Part shown: positions 8,431 to 17,368 of the stretch, one piece after another
Layout: every line of letters begins with the position of its first letter
How positions within the stretch are numbered: position 1 is the stretch's first letter
DNA from: Snowella sp.
GTDB lineage: Bacteria > Cyanobacteriota > Cyanobacteriia > Cyanobacteriales > Microcystaceae
Direction: 5' to 3'
Assembly: GCA_035285545.1 (NCBI GenBank)
Contig: JAYKGY010000116.1
Location: 1 to 20,448, forward strand
DNA: 20,448 bases
Position numbers and translations under genes: made by a program
The notes under the pieces: generated by a model
Database searches by the model: none
Told to the model about the DNA's origin: nothing
What the model saw: the letters and a program-made list of their open reading frames with translations, nothing else

Positions 8431-9678
8431 ATGAGTATTTTAGAGGACGAGCCTAAGTTAACCGTGCTAGGCTTACCCGCAGAACGAGGGAGATGGTTAT
8501 TGATTCCCCTTGGTATCATTGTTCTACTCTGTTTGGGAAGTGTGTATTCCTGGAGTATTTTCAGAAAACCCTTAGAAAGTGAGCTGAATATTAATGCCAC
8601 TGAAAGTCTTTTACCTTTTACGGTTGCACTCGTCTTTTATGCCACCGTAATGCCGATCGCGGGGTTTTATATTCCTCGACTCGGAACGCGACTGATGACA
8701 GCAATGGGGGGGCTGGTCGTCGGTTTGGGCTACTTTTTATCGAGCTTTGCCACTCATGTTGGTCTTCTGGTTCTGACCTATGGTGTGATTTCAGGAATCG
8801 GGTTAGGAATTGCCTATGGCGTGCCGATGGTGGTGGTGGCGCGGTGGTTTCCCGATAAAAAGGGATTAGCGGTTGGCTTAACCATTATTGGTTTTGGGTT
8901 ATCTCCCCTGATTACGGCGCCTTTGGCCAATCAATTCATTGGGTTATACAGCGTTAGACCTACCCTACGGATCTTAGGCTTTATTCTTACGGTTATCATT
9001 GTGGCGATCGCGGCGGTGATGAAACTTCCGCCCCAAGGTTGGCAACCCCGACGAAATCAATCAGCATCAACTTCGGCGGTGAGATACAGTTATCCTAAAC
9101 ATCTACTGAAAAGCCGCTCCTTTTATGGATTATGGATTTGTTATGTCATTGGGACTTTAATTGGTTTAAGTGCCATTGGGATTTCTAGTTCAGTAGCTGT
9201 AGAAATTGTCCAGATCAATTCGGAGTTAGCCGCTAGAAGTGTGGCCTTATTTGCCCTGTTCAACGGTATGAGTCGTCCTTTATTTGGTTGGCTCAGCGAT
9301 CGCTTTAAACCCCATCATGTGGCGATTGCGGCCTATACCTTGGTTTTAATTGCATGTTTACTGATGGTTAATGCCAAACAGGGACAAGTCAGTACCTATT
9401 TAGTCGCTTTTTGCCTATTCTGGTCGATTTTAGGGGGATGGTTAGCCCTAGCACCCACTACAACGCTGCGTTTCTTCGATCCCGATCAGTATGCTCAAAA
9501 TTATGGTATTGTCTTTACTGCCTATGGCGTTGGTGCCCTGATTGGAACCTTGATCACTGGACAAATTCGTGACTGGTTTGGCTCCTATACCTTCGCCTTT
9601 TATCCGATGGCAATACTGGCTATTTTGGGAATTATCATTGCTAATCTAATGCTAAAGCGAGATCCGTCTGCTCCATAG
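8431..9678 (+). CDS. MFS transporter, OFA (oxalate:formate antiporter)/monocarboxylate-like family
   Basis: 415 aa, about 12 hydrophobic segments; GSVYSWSIF..PL, RWFPDKKGLAVGL...GFG, NG..RP.FG.LSDR, NYGIVFTAYG motifs. Confidence 0.9.
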   Translation: MSILEDEPKLTVLGLPAERGRWLLIPLGIIVLLCLGSVYSWSIFRKPLESELNINATESLLPFTVALVFYATVMPIAGFYIPRLGTRLMTAMGGLVVGLGYFLSSFATHVGLLVLTYGVISGIGLGIAYGVPMVVVARWFPDKKGLAVGLTIIGFGLSPLITAPLANQFIGLYSVRPTLRILGFILTVIIVAIAAVMKLPPQGWQPRRNQSASTSAVRYSYPKHLLKSRSFYGLWICYVIGTLIGLSAIGISSSVAVEIVQINSELAARSVALFALFNGMSRPLFGWLSDRFKPHHVAIAAYTLVLIACLLMVNAKQGQVSTYLVAFCLFWSILGGWLALAPTTTLRFFDPDQYAQNYGIVFTAYGVGALIGTLITGQIRDWFGSYTFAFYPMAILAILGIIIANLMLKRDPSAP

Positions 9679-9691
9679 CGGAATAGGGGAT

Positions 9692-9728
9692 AAAAAAACT
9701 TTCCAAAAGAAATCAACCTTCTGGAAAG
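9692..9728 (-). terminator. Intrinsic terminator of the apcI-like gene
   Basis: Minus strand CTTTCCAGAAG-GTTGATTT-CTTTTGGAAAG followed by T7. Confidence 0.7.
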
Positions 9729-9763
9729 CTCTCAAAATCGAAATAGGTTTTGACAATGACCAC

Positions 9764-10144
9764 TTATTTTTTTAGATCTTTGGCCATTTGACGGAAACGA
9801 TCTAAGCTGTCGTCGCTACTACGGCGATCGCTATTGACTGGTTCAACAGACGAGGTTTGTCCAGTCTGGGTCGTGGGTACGGAAACAGCGGGGACTCCAC
9901 CGAGCTTCTTTTTCTCCATCGAAGACACTTCTTGAACCAGTTCGCCACCATTACTGTTAGCGGTTTTAGGAAAAGTGCGTCTAATGGTAATGGGTTTACG
10001 CATAAACTCCACATTCCCTAAACTTTGGGCATCATCGGGTTCCAAAAAAAAGGCTTCTTTTTTGGGTGATGGAGAAGGAGAAACGGGATCGGCTTCATCG
10101 ACGTATTTTGTTTTTCCCCCAAAAATTCCGAACAATCCGGCCAT
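9764..10144 (-). CDS. apcI: ApcI-like (Sll1911-type) phycobilisome core linker, ApcG-related
   Basis: 126 aa, largely disordered; MAGLFG N-terminus, AFFLEPDDAQSLGN, and C-terminal RRS...SLDRFRQMAK with the FxxM motif shared with ApcG; good RBS (AGGAG). Assignment from recalled Sll1911 sequence. Confidence 0.7.
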   Translation of the reverse strand: MAGLFGIFGGKTKYVDEADPVSPSPSPKKEAFFLEPDDAQSLGNVEFMRKPITIRRTFPKTANSNGGELVQEVSSMEKKKLGGVPAVSVPTTQTGQTSSVEPVNSDRRSSDDSLDRFRQMAKDLKK

Positions 10145-10181
10145 CTTTGTACTCCTAGACGGTGATTTAAGCGATACAGGT

Positions 10182-10199
10182 GTTACACAATGTTAAAGT
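10182..10199 (+). promoter_or_regulatory. HLR1-like (RpaB) direct repeat upstream of apcI-like gene
   Basis: GTTACACA-AT-GTTAAAGT, 10-bp period, 38 nt upstream of the start codon. Confidence 0.45.
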
Positions 10200-10347
10200 T
10201 TAGCAAAGTTTCTTAATAAAAAGAATGGCTTATCTAAAGTTTGTTGACAAAAAATCAAGAATTGTTGAGAAAAGTGGATCTTAAGTTTTTCGTAGATTAA
10301 TCGTAGTGAGTTCAAGATCTCTGACAAAATAAACAAAATAGAAGAGA

Positions 10348-12270
10348 TTGTTGCTCCTAACCCCTATGTTCTGGAAACTGCCAACCCAATTTCTCCCGTT
10401 ATGGATGAAAAAATGCTGTCAAGACGGGCAGTGGATTTCTTTTACCGTTTTCTTTTTATTAACGTCTCTTTTTAGCCTCAGCTATGGATTCTTGTCCGGG
10501 TCTTCTGGGGTTACCGCCCAATCTCCCCAGATTCAACCCACTTTAATAACGCAAACCATCGAAAATTTACTACAACAGGGAAATCGGTTAACAGTTAACG
10601 GCCGTCAATTTTCCATCCCTTGGATTCAATGGGGACAGGGGGGCATCCCTCGAATCGGCATTAGTGATACCGGCGCAATGCAGAGCTTAGGTTTAGATCT
10701 ATTAAGTACTAATCAGCCGAATAATCAACCCGTTTCCTGGTTTTCGGGGCAACCCATTACCGTATCGGCTCAATTTTTAGCTCCCTATCGCTATCTCGAT
10801 CTTACAGAGGTCTTACAACGCGCTGGCGCAACGGTACAGGCAACGGGAGATACTCTCAGCATTGATTCACCGGATTCAGAAATTCTCAACATTCGAGAGG
10901 GAAAACAGGCTTGGGGAAAACGGGTTGTCGTGGAGTTAACTCGTCCCACGTTTTGGCAGGTCAGTCAAAACCCAACGGAAGGGGTGATCATGCTCAAAAG
11001 TACGATCCAGGCTCCCTTACTTCAGCAATTTTCGGCGATCGCGCCCCGTCAAGCGACCAATAAACCCACCGATGAGGATGATCTAGGGAGTGGAGGGACA
11101 GGAAACGCTTCCTTTCGAGTCGAAAATAGCGGAATCAACAGTAAAATCACCTTCAGCTTGCCGACTGCCCATAAGTTGCAAGTTTCTAGTTTAGATAACC
11201 CCGCCCGTTTAGTGATTGATATTCGACCCGATGCCCCAGCCGCTAAAAATATTGCTTGGACGGAGGGGATTCGCTGGCAACAGCAATTTATTCCTTTGGG
11301 AAACCACACCTTTCCGGTGACCTGGTTAACGGTTGATCTTAAATCTCCCAAAATTTCCCTAAAACCGATCCGGTTTAACCCCAATGGACTTCAGGGAACA
11401 GGGAGCGTTGCTGCGATGGCCAATGCCTGGCAAGCGTCTGCGGCGATTAATGGAGGATTTTTTAACCGTAATACCCAACTTCCCTTGGGGGCAATTCGGC
11501 AAGACGACAACTGGCTTTCTGGGCCAATTCTCAATCGGGGCGCGATCGCCTGGGACAATAACGGCAAAATCAAAGTGGGCAGACTCAGCCTACAGGAAAG
11601 CTTCACAACGGCGACGGGACAGCGTTTCACCATTCCCTACCTCAACAGTGGTTACGTACAAAAGGGGTTAGCCCGTTATACAACTGCCTGGGGCAATAGT
11701 TATCTGCCCTTAACGGATAATGAAGTGATTACCACCGTTCAGCGCGATCGCGTGACTTTTCAACAATTCGGGGGTAAAGCAGGACAGAGTGCCTTTCCGA
11801 TTCCCAGTGATGGCTATTTACTGATCAGTCGGGGGGATACGGCGATTCCGAGTAATTTTGCCGTTGGAACTCAGGTTAATTTAAGTACCACAGCGATTCC
11901 TGCGGATTTTAATCAATATCCCCATATTTTAGCCGCAGGACCCCTAATGATTGTCAATAATCAAATCGTGGTCGATGCCGCATCCGAAAAATTCAATTCA
12001 GGGTTTCAAAAACAAACAGCCTCCCGTAGCGCGATCGCAGTGGATGCAACCGGAAAAATCCTCCTTATCGCCGTTCATAACCGAATCGGGGGAAAAGGCG
12101 CAACCCTAACCGAAATGGCTGCCTTATTAAAGCAATTAGGGGCAAAAGAGGCTCTTAATTTAGACGGAGGCAGTTCAACAGCCCTATCCCTTGGAGGTCA
12201 ATTAATTGATCGCTCGGCGGTGACGGCGGCAAGAGTTCACAACAGTTTGGGTGTTTTTGTTAGCCCCTAA
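10348..12270 (+). CDS. Exported phosphodiester glycosidase (NAGPA/DUF2233) family protein with AMIN-like domain
   Basis: N-terminal hydrophobic segment, NPARLVIDI (AMIN-like), AAINGGFF, AGP.MI, RSAIAV, ALNLDGGSST; start uncertain (ATG at 10366 or 10405 possible). Confidence 0.88.
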   Translation: MLLLTPMFWKLPTQFLPLWMKKCCQDGQWISFTVFFLLTSLFSLSYGFLSGSSGVTAQSPQIQPTLITQTIENLLQQGNRLTVNGRQFSIPWIQWGQGGIPRIGISDTGAMQSLGLDLLSTNQPNNQPVSWFSGQPITVSAQFLAPYRYLDLTEVLQRAGATVQATGDTLSIDSPDSEILNIREGKQAWGKRVVVELTRPTFWQVSQNPTEGVIMLKSTIQAPLLQQFSAIAPRQATNKPTDEDDLGSGGTGNASFRVENSGINSKITFSLPTAHKLQVSSLDNPARLVIDIRPDAPAAKNIAWTEGIRWQQQFIPLGNHTFPVTWLTVDLKSPKISLKPIRFNPNGLQGTGSVAAMANAWQASAAINGGFFNRNTQLPLGAIRQDDNWLSGPILNRGAIAWDNNGKIKVGRLSLQESFTTATGQRFTIPYLNSGYVQKGLARYTTAWGNSYLPLTDNEVITTVQRDRVTFQQFGGKAGQSAFPIPSDGYLLISRGDTAIPSNFAVGTQVNLSTTAIPADFNQYPHILAAGPLMIVNNQIVVDAASEKFNSGFQKQTASRSAIAVDATGKILLIAVHNRIGGKGATLTEMAALLKQLGAKEALNLDGGSSTALSLGGQLIDRSAVTAARVHNSLGVFVSP

Positions 12271-12447
12271 TCTTAAGAAAATATGTAGCCTCTCTGAATT
12301 TTGAGGTTATACTATGTCGAGAAAGCTAGCCAAACAGTTAGCGAACAAATTGATGCCCAATTTATCCAGTAAACAGGGAAACGGTTGCTGAATCCTTTTG
12401 GAATTAGTCAAAACCGTAATATCAGCGAATTAAGGAGATAATAACGC

Positions 12448-12852
12448 ATGGTTCTCGCTCAAACAAGTCCTTCCTCAACGGCAACCCTTCCTTTTGGGGT
12501 TACAGGGGCAACAGAAACCGAAACTCGCCCTTGGGGATCGTTTACCACCCTAGAAGAAGGCCCTGGTTACAAAATTAAGCGCATCGAAGTGAACCCAGGC
12601 CATCGTCTCAGTTTACAAATGCACTATCACCGCAGCGAACACTGGATTGTGCTATCCGGAACAGCAAAGGTAACCTGTGATGAAAAAATCGAAGTTTTAG
12701 AAGCGAATCAATCGACCTATGTTCCCCAGTGTAGTGCCCACCGCTTAGAAAATCCAGGGGTCATTAAATTAGTGATTATTGAAGTCCAAAACGGCGATTA
12801 TTTAGGGGAAGACGATATTGTTCGTTTTCAAGACGACTACGCTAGAGGTTAA
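12448..12852 (+). CDS. Cupin protein, mannose-6-phosphate isomerase type II C-terminal domain
   Basis: RPWGSF, RLSLQMHYHRSEHW, HRLENPG, IEVQNG.YLGEDDIVRFQDDY; RBS AAGGAG. Confidence 0.92.
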   Translation: MVLAQTSPSSTATLPFGVTGATETETRPWGSFTTLEEGPGYKIKRIEVNPGHRLSLQMHYHRSEHWIVLSGTAKVTCDEKIEVLEANQSTYVPQCSAHRLENPGVIKLVIIEVQNGDYLGEDDIVRFQDDYARG

Positions 12853-12862
12853 CAGATTGGCT

Positions 12863-13330
12863 TCAAAGTGCTAATTCGGCTAATTCTAGGGTAAAACTAT
12901 CCGATAGCAGATGAATATAAGCTAGTTCCTGCATAAATCCCAAACATTGCTCAGCCGTCATCGTATCTGGCAAAAATTGGGAAAACCCTGAATATTTGAG
13001 CAAGAAAGTTCTGATTTGTTCAGTAGCGAGGTCATCAGTGTGAATCCCTTGCATTGACCAGACCTCAAATTCTCTTTTTTGTACGGGCAAGCATTCTATC
13101 AACAAAGGATCATGATGCCGAGGATCTCTTAAGATGCGATGGTAGGTTTGATTGACCTGGCGATGGTCTCCCTCTAAAATTTGCAAGAATTTAGAGTCTT
13201 CATAATAAAGTAAGCCGGTGATGCCAGTCGCTTGGTTATTTTTTTGGGAGGTTTCTAAAATATCTTTTAAATCATAACGACTTATTTCTGAACTCGCTTG
13301 ACTGCAATAGATTAGGCGATAAAGACTCAT
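12863..13330 (-). CDS. pixD: BLUF blue-light photoreceptor PixD (Slr1694-type)
   Basis: 155 aa; Tyr8, Asn31/32, Gln50, Trp91, Met93 at exactly the Slr1694 numbering; GITGLL, FLQILEG, DPRH; PixD-type C-terminal helices. Confidence 0.9.
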   Translation of the reverse strand: MSLYRLIYCSQASSEISRYDLKDILETSQKNNQATGITGLLYYEDSKFLQILEGDHRQVNQTYHRILRDPRHHDPLLIECLPVQKREFEVWSMQGIHTDDLATEQIRTFLLKYSGFSQFLPDTMTAEQCLGFMQELAYIHLLSDSFTLELAELAL

Positions 13331-13746
13331 GGGTTGATAGCGTTAAGATGGATAAGGATTAGGAAATAAATTTTAAAAAAGAGAAGAAGTTATTATTGAA
13401 AAAATGCTGCTTTAAGTCTCGAAAAACATCACGAGCAAGTAATTTCAAAACATTTCTTCATACAAAGACATAGAACTTAATGTGTTAGAACAAAGTTTAA
13501 TAAACTGTCCTATTGATCACCATAACGCTAATAAGGAAGGAAAGAAATGAGTATAAACACTCAGATAGCGTCTTTGCGTTTTTATGAAGTTAATAAAAGT
13601 GCAGCGATCGCCTTTGTTAATCCCGTCAAATCAGCATAATGATTGATGTTTAGTCTTGAAACATTGGGGGTTAAAATCAACCATTTTTGTTAAGCATCAT
13701 GAAGGATTATTTCGATTTTGTTAAACTAATCCCTAATCAACGCATT

Positions 13747-13770
13747 AAAAAGCAGGGATTTCTCCCCGCT
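13747..13770 (-). terminator. Intrinsic terminator of the minus-strand lyase gene
   Basis: Minus strand AGCGGGGA-GAAA-TCCCTGCT followed by TTTT (GNRA loop). Confidence 0.75.
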
Positions 13771-13818
13771 CGGTCTAACTCAAGTCAAGTAATTTAAAGC
13801 TGAAAATTTTTGAACAGT

Positions 13819-14367
13819 CTAAGCGTCAGAACTGACCCGTTTTTCTAAATATTGACCAATCATTTGTTCTTGTCCGGCACGGGAAATAATCGTTTGACGG
13901 GTGCGATAGTGCTGACCGATTAATTTCAATTCTTCTTCAAAAACCGACCCATTATATTCTGTTCTTAAAATCATGGTCTGCGGATTCGGAAAATCATAAA
14001 TCGCCGAAACAGGTTTAGGGGTGGCAAAACCGCGATCGCGATACAAAATATTGCCTTTTGCTCCAAAGAGAGTAGAACCTTTTGAGGGTTTGCGTATGGT
14101 TCCTGTATAGCTACTTTCCCAAGTGACATAGGTTCCACACACAAAGGCATCTTCGGGGTTGAGATGATGCAATTCTGCAAGATGACGCAACTGAGAACAA
14201 CCGGCTTCTAAAAACTGAATTTCAATTTGACTTTCCACCTCTTGGGTTTCCACATTCGGATTGAGGGTATAGTAGCGTCGTTGGGAATTCCATTGACCTT
14301 CGCTTTGTCGAAAAAACTCCATCACTAAAGTTTCAACAGAAGGGGACTGGATTTGATTCACGGTCAT
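13819..14367 (-). CDS. CpcS/CpeS-family (S/U-type) phycobiliprotein lyase paralog
   Basis: EFFRQSEGQWNSQRRYY (F..S.G.W.SQR), LYRDRGFA, EEELKL, RTRQTII...GQYLEKR beta-barrel pattern. Confidence 0.85.
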   Translation of the reverse strand: MTVNQIQSPSVETLVMEFFRQSEGQWNSQRRYYTLNPNVETQEVESQIEIQFLEAGCSQLRHLAELHHLNPEDAFVCGTYVTWESSYTGTIRKPSKGSTLFGAKGNILYRDRGFATPKPVSAIYDFPNPQTMILRTEYNGSVFEEELKLIGQHYRTRQTIISRAGQEQMIGQYLEKRVSSDA

Positions 14368-14533
14368 AGATGGGAAACCTCGTAACTAAGGGGCGTTATC
14401 CACAAAAGAGAAATAATGTCAACAAAGATTAAGAATCCGTTACATTGTTTTACTCTAACATACTCACCGAGCCAGCGATCACCTAAAAATGAGTAATATT
14501 AATACTTCCATGGATAGAAATTGATTTGCCTAA

Positions 14534-14602
14534 ACTGTAGTCACAAGCTTTTAAGAAAACTGTAAGAATTGATACTTGATGAATAAAAAAGCAATTTAGT
14601 TT
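14534..14602. promoter_or_regulatory. NtcA-type site GTA-N8-TAC (14562-14575) flanked by -10-like hexamers on both strands
   Basis: TGTAAGAATTGATACT; minus strand TACAGT (14539-14534) 22 nt away, plus strand TAGTTT (14597-14602) 21 nt away. Confidence 0.5.
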
Positions 14603-14692
14603 TAAAATAATCTCTCAGAATAAGGGATAAACTTTACCTAATTTGAGAAATTACAGTATAATTCCAGCTAATAAACACTATTTTATTAACTA

Positions 14693-15247
14693 ATGAATAA
14701 AACAATTTTTAATCAGTTTTTTGACCATTGTGTAGGAACTTGGACAACAGAACGGACGTATCATTATCTTACCCATAACGAAGTGGAGCGATCGCGGACA
14801 GAATTTACCATTGCCCCGTTAACCGATGATCTTAAACTTAAAGTTTTAAAGGATAATCAATACGAAATACGAGAAAATTTGACTAGCTTACCCGGCTTTA
14901 GTTTGAATTTTTATACCATTTCTGAAAACGGAGAAGAAGTTTCCCAATCACTCAATTTGATGTTTGTTCCGAAAGTAGAAATTAACGGCGGGTTAGAAGG
15001 CGATTATTTACGCGATCGCGCCTATGAAGAAGCAAAGCCCATTATTTCCCACTTTAAATTCGACAATCAAAATCGAGAATTACTCATGACAACCCATTAC
15101 ACTCAGGTGGTTTCCGTCGATTCTATTACGCTAATTAATCCCAATCTCCGCATTCGTAAAATTGTCAACTATCAACGCCCTGAAGTAGGGCAAGCATTAA
15201 CCATGCCGCGTTTAATTGGCTTTGGGGTAGAGTTAAAATCACCTTAA
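14693..15247 (+). CDS. CpcS/CpeS-family (S/U-type, CpcV-like) phycobiliprotein lyase paralog
   Basis: FFDHCVGTWTTERTYHYL, GDYLRDRAYEE, NPNLRIRKI, GFGVE.K pattern of the CpeS-like family. Confidence 0.85.
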   Translation: MNKTIFNQFFDHCVGTWTTERTYHYLTHNEVERSRTEFTIAPLTDDLKLKVLKDNQYEIRENLTSLPGFSLNFYTISENGEEVSQSLNLMFVPKVEINGGLEGDYLRDRAYEEAKPIISHFKFDNQNRELLMTTHYTQVVSVDSITLINPNLRIRKIVNYQRPEVGQALTMPRLIGFGVELKSP

Positions 15248-15256
15248 ATTTCTTCC

Positions 15257-15697
15257 TTACCAACGTTCGTATTCATAATAAATATTACCTAAGGTTTCAT
15301 AGGTTATACCTGGAAATTGTTGGAGTTTATTATCTAAAAACTCAACGGCCTCTTCCTGGGACAATTCTGTCCGTTGCATAAACGTTAAAACGCTAATTCT
15401 TCCTTGACTTTGATTAACCAAGCGATGAAAAATTAATTCAACATCTTTTTTCAAGCTTTTCAGATAGAAAAACATCGATAAAGCCAAGATTACAGATACA
15501 ATAAAACCAAAAACATGAAATAACAGATTGGTTAATAGAGACTCTAAAAAGAAAAATTCAAAAATCGCAAAAAAGATCAAAATATTAAAAAAAACAGGCG
15601 TTGAACCAATTCGCTCTTGTTCGGTTCTGGCTTTTAAGCGAGTTAATCGGACAAAATAAATGACAACTGTGGCTAAAATATAGGGTATCCATTGCAT
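15257..15697 (-). CDS. Hypothetical membrane protein (about 3 TM plus small soluble C-terminal domain)
   Basis: 146 aa ATG ORF with hydrophobic N-terminal half and a C-terminal GRISVLTFM...A.EFLD...GNIYYEY domain. Confidence 0.75.
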   Translation of the reverse strand: MQWIPYILATVVIYFVRLTRLKARTEQERIGSTPVFFNILIFFAIFEFFFLESLLTNLLFHVFGFIVSVILALSMFFYLKSLKKDVELIFHRLVNQSQGRISVLTFMQRTELSQEEAVEFLDNKLQQFPGITYETLGNIYYEYERW

Positions 15698-16027
15698 AGA
15701 AATAATCGTCTACTTATTCACTCCCTAAACATTTATAACCCGTAATATTCCATTTTTACATCTGATAGCTGAGTAAAATAGCCCGCGATCGCTAATAACG
15801 GATTATTTCCTGAGCGATATTAGCGACTATTCCGATGATTATCATCTCCCCTCAATCTCTAAACATTAAGAAATTTATCATTCTGTAAAAGTTTTGTGTA
15901 TCTTGTTGTATTGAGATTAAGAATTCGGTCTTAAATTCTTAAATTTTTCAGTTATTTATATTTTTTGCGAAAATCTGCCATCTATAATAAGGATGATTTT
16001 TCTTCTGAATAAAGCAGAAATACGACA

Positions 16028-17170
16028 ATGTACATCAAATACTTTGCGACCAATCGCGACCAGGAAAATTTAGGGCGCGACATAGAACGAAAAACACGTA
16101 TTGAGTTACAAAAAGGTGGCTATAACTGGATCGATGCTCAAAAGTATATGTCCCATTACTTAGCAACTACCGATCCCACAAGAATGACAACCGATGCGAT
16201 TGTTAAAAGCTCTAAGGAAACGATTTTTGACGGATTTCTTAAGAATCCTAAAATTAAACGTATCGTAATTTGTGTTCATGGGTTTAATGTTCATCTCCAC
16301 GGTGCGCTCACCTCTTTTTCGATTCTGACTGATACGTTAGAAGAAACAAAGACCAAATTGGGACAAGGACTCATTGTTGATCCTAGTCAGATTGCTAAGA
16401 AAGAAAACCTTAATGATCTGACGGCTGTTGTTGGTTTTTCTTGGCCGTCTAACGGTAGAGTCTGCGACTATAAATCGGATCGACTAGAAGCTATTAGCTC
16501 AGCAGCTGCTTTAGCAAACCTGATTAGTGCAATTAAAAGTCATTGCCCCCGTGTAGAGGTGCATATCATCGCTCATAGTATGGGTAACTTTCTTGTTTGT
16601 AATATGCTAAAAAGTCTGGTGAATTATGAGAGTCTTCCTTGTAATTTCGCTGACAATGAAGAGTTAAAATCAAAATTAGAATTAGAAATTGGTCGGCGTG
16701 GAGAACGTGAGGGTGCTAATAGTCACTTTTTTGTAGATAGTTATATTATGCTTGCGCCTGACGTAGAACGTCGTCATGTAACTCAGTGTAATAAGTCAGA
16801 AGACGATCCACAACATACTAAAGCAAGTTATATTGGGCCTTTCTATGGTGGATTACATCATCTTGTTGGAGGTACTTACTTATTTTATTCGCGATATGAT
16901 CAAGCGTTGAAAGCTTCTAAATTAGAAAAAGAGGTTTTTCGTGAAAATAAACTTCGTGGCATAACTGATATCTTTACTGGCCCTGATTTAGAAAATTTAT
17001 GGGAAGACAGTTTGGGATTAAACCCTGCTCCCAATTTAGCTCCTTCTAACTTTTATTCCTTTAATGCTTCGACTCTGAGTAATCGCCCGATTGATCATGG
17101 AGATTATTTTGATACGCCCGCGATCGCTCAAAAAATTTCTGAAATTATTTTAAATTACCAAACCGATTAG
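16028..17170 (+). CDS. Alpha/beta hydrolase, DUF900 family
   Basis: YFATNR, VHGFN oxyanion motif, FSWPS, nucleophile elbow AHSMG, LAPDV, SRYDQAL, C-terminal HGDYF. Confidence 0.88.
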   Translation: MYIKYFATNRDQENLGRDIERKTRIELQKGGYNWIDAQKYMSHYLATTDPTRMTTDAIVKSSKETIFDGFLKNPKIKRIVICVHGFNVHLHGALTSFSILTDTLEETKTKLGQGLIVDPSQIAKKENLNDLTAVVGFSWPSNGRVCDYKSDRLEAISSAAALANLISAIKSHCPRVEVHIIAHSMGNFLVCNMLKSLVNYESLPCNFADNEELKSKLELEIGRRGEREGANSHFFVDSYIMLAPDVERRHVTQCNKSEDDPQHTKASYIGPFYGGLHHLVGGTYLFYSRYDQALKASKLEKEVFRENKLRGITDIFTGPDLENLWEDSLGLNPAPNLAPSNFYSFNASTLSNRPIDHGDYFDTPAIAQKISEIILNYQTD

Positions 17171-17219
17171 CATTAAAAAGCTAGCTAAATCAGGAACATT
17201 GCTAATGCCTTACTCGAAA

Positions 17220-17249
17220 GCTGTTACTCATCTGTGTAACGGCATTTTT
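17220..17249 (+). terminator. Intrinsic terminator after hydrolase gene
   Basis: GCTGTTAC-TCATCTGT-GTAACGGC followed by ATTTTT. Confidence 0.6.
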
Positions 17250-17368
17250 CTTCGATTTTTTTAATTGCATCTGTTCTTTCGCTTTCCTTATCGACCATTT
17301 TCTCCTTGTTAAAATTTTTATTTATTGCTTGATTAAGCAACCCCAAAAACGCGATCGCCAGTTATTTT

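Noticed and set aside
13331..13746. Possible pixE remnant upstream of pixD
   Set aside because: AT-rich sequence in which I could not recognise any receiver or PATAN-like coding stretch.
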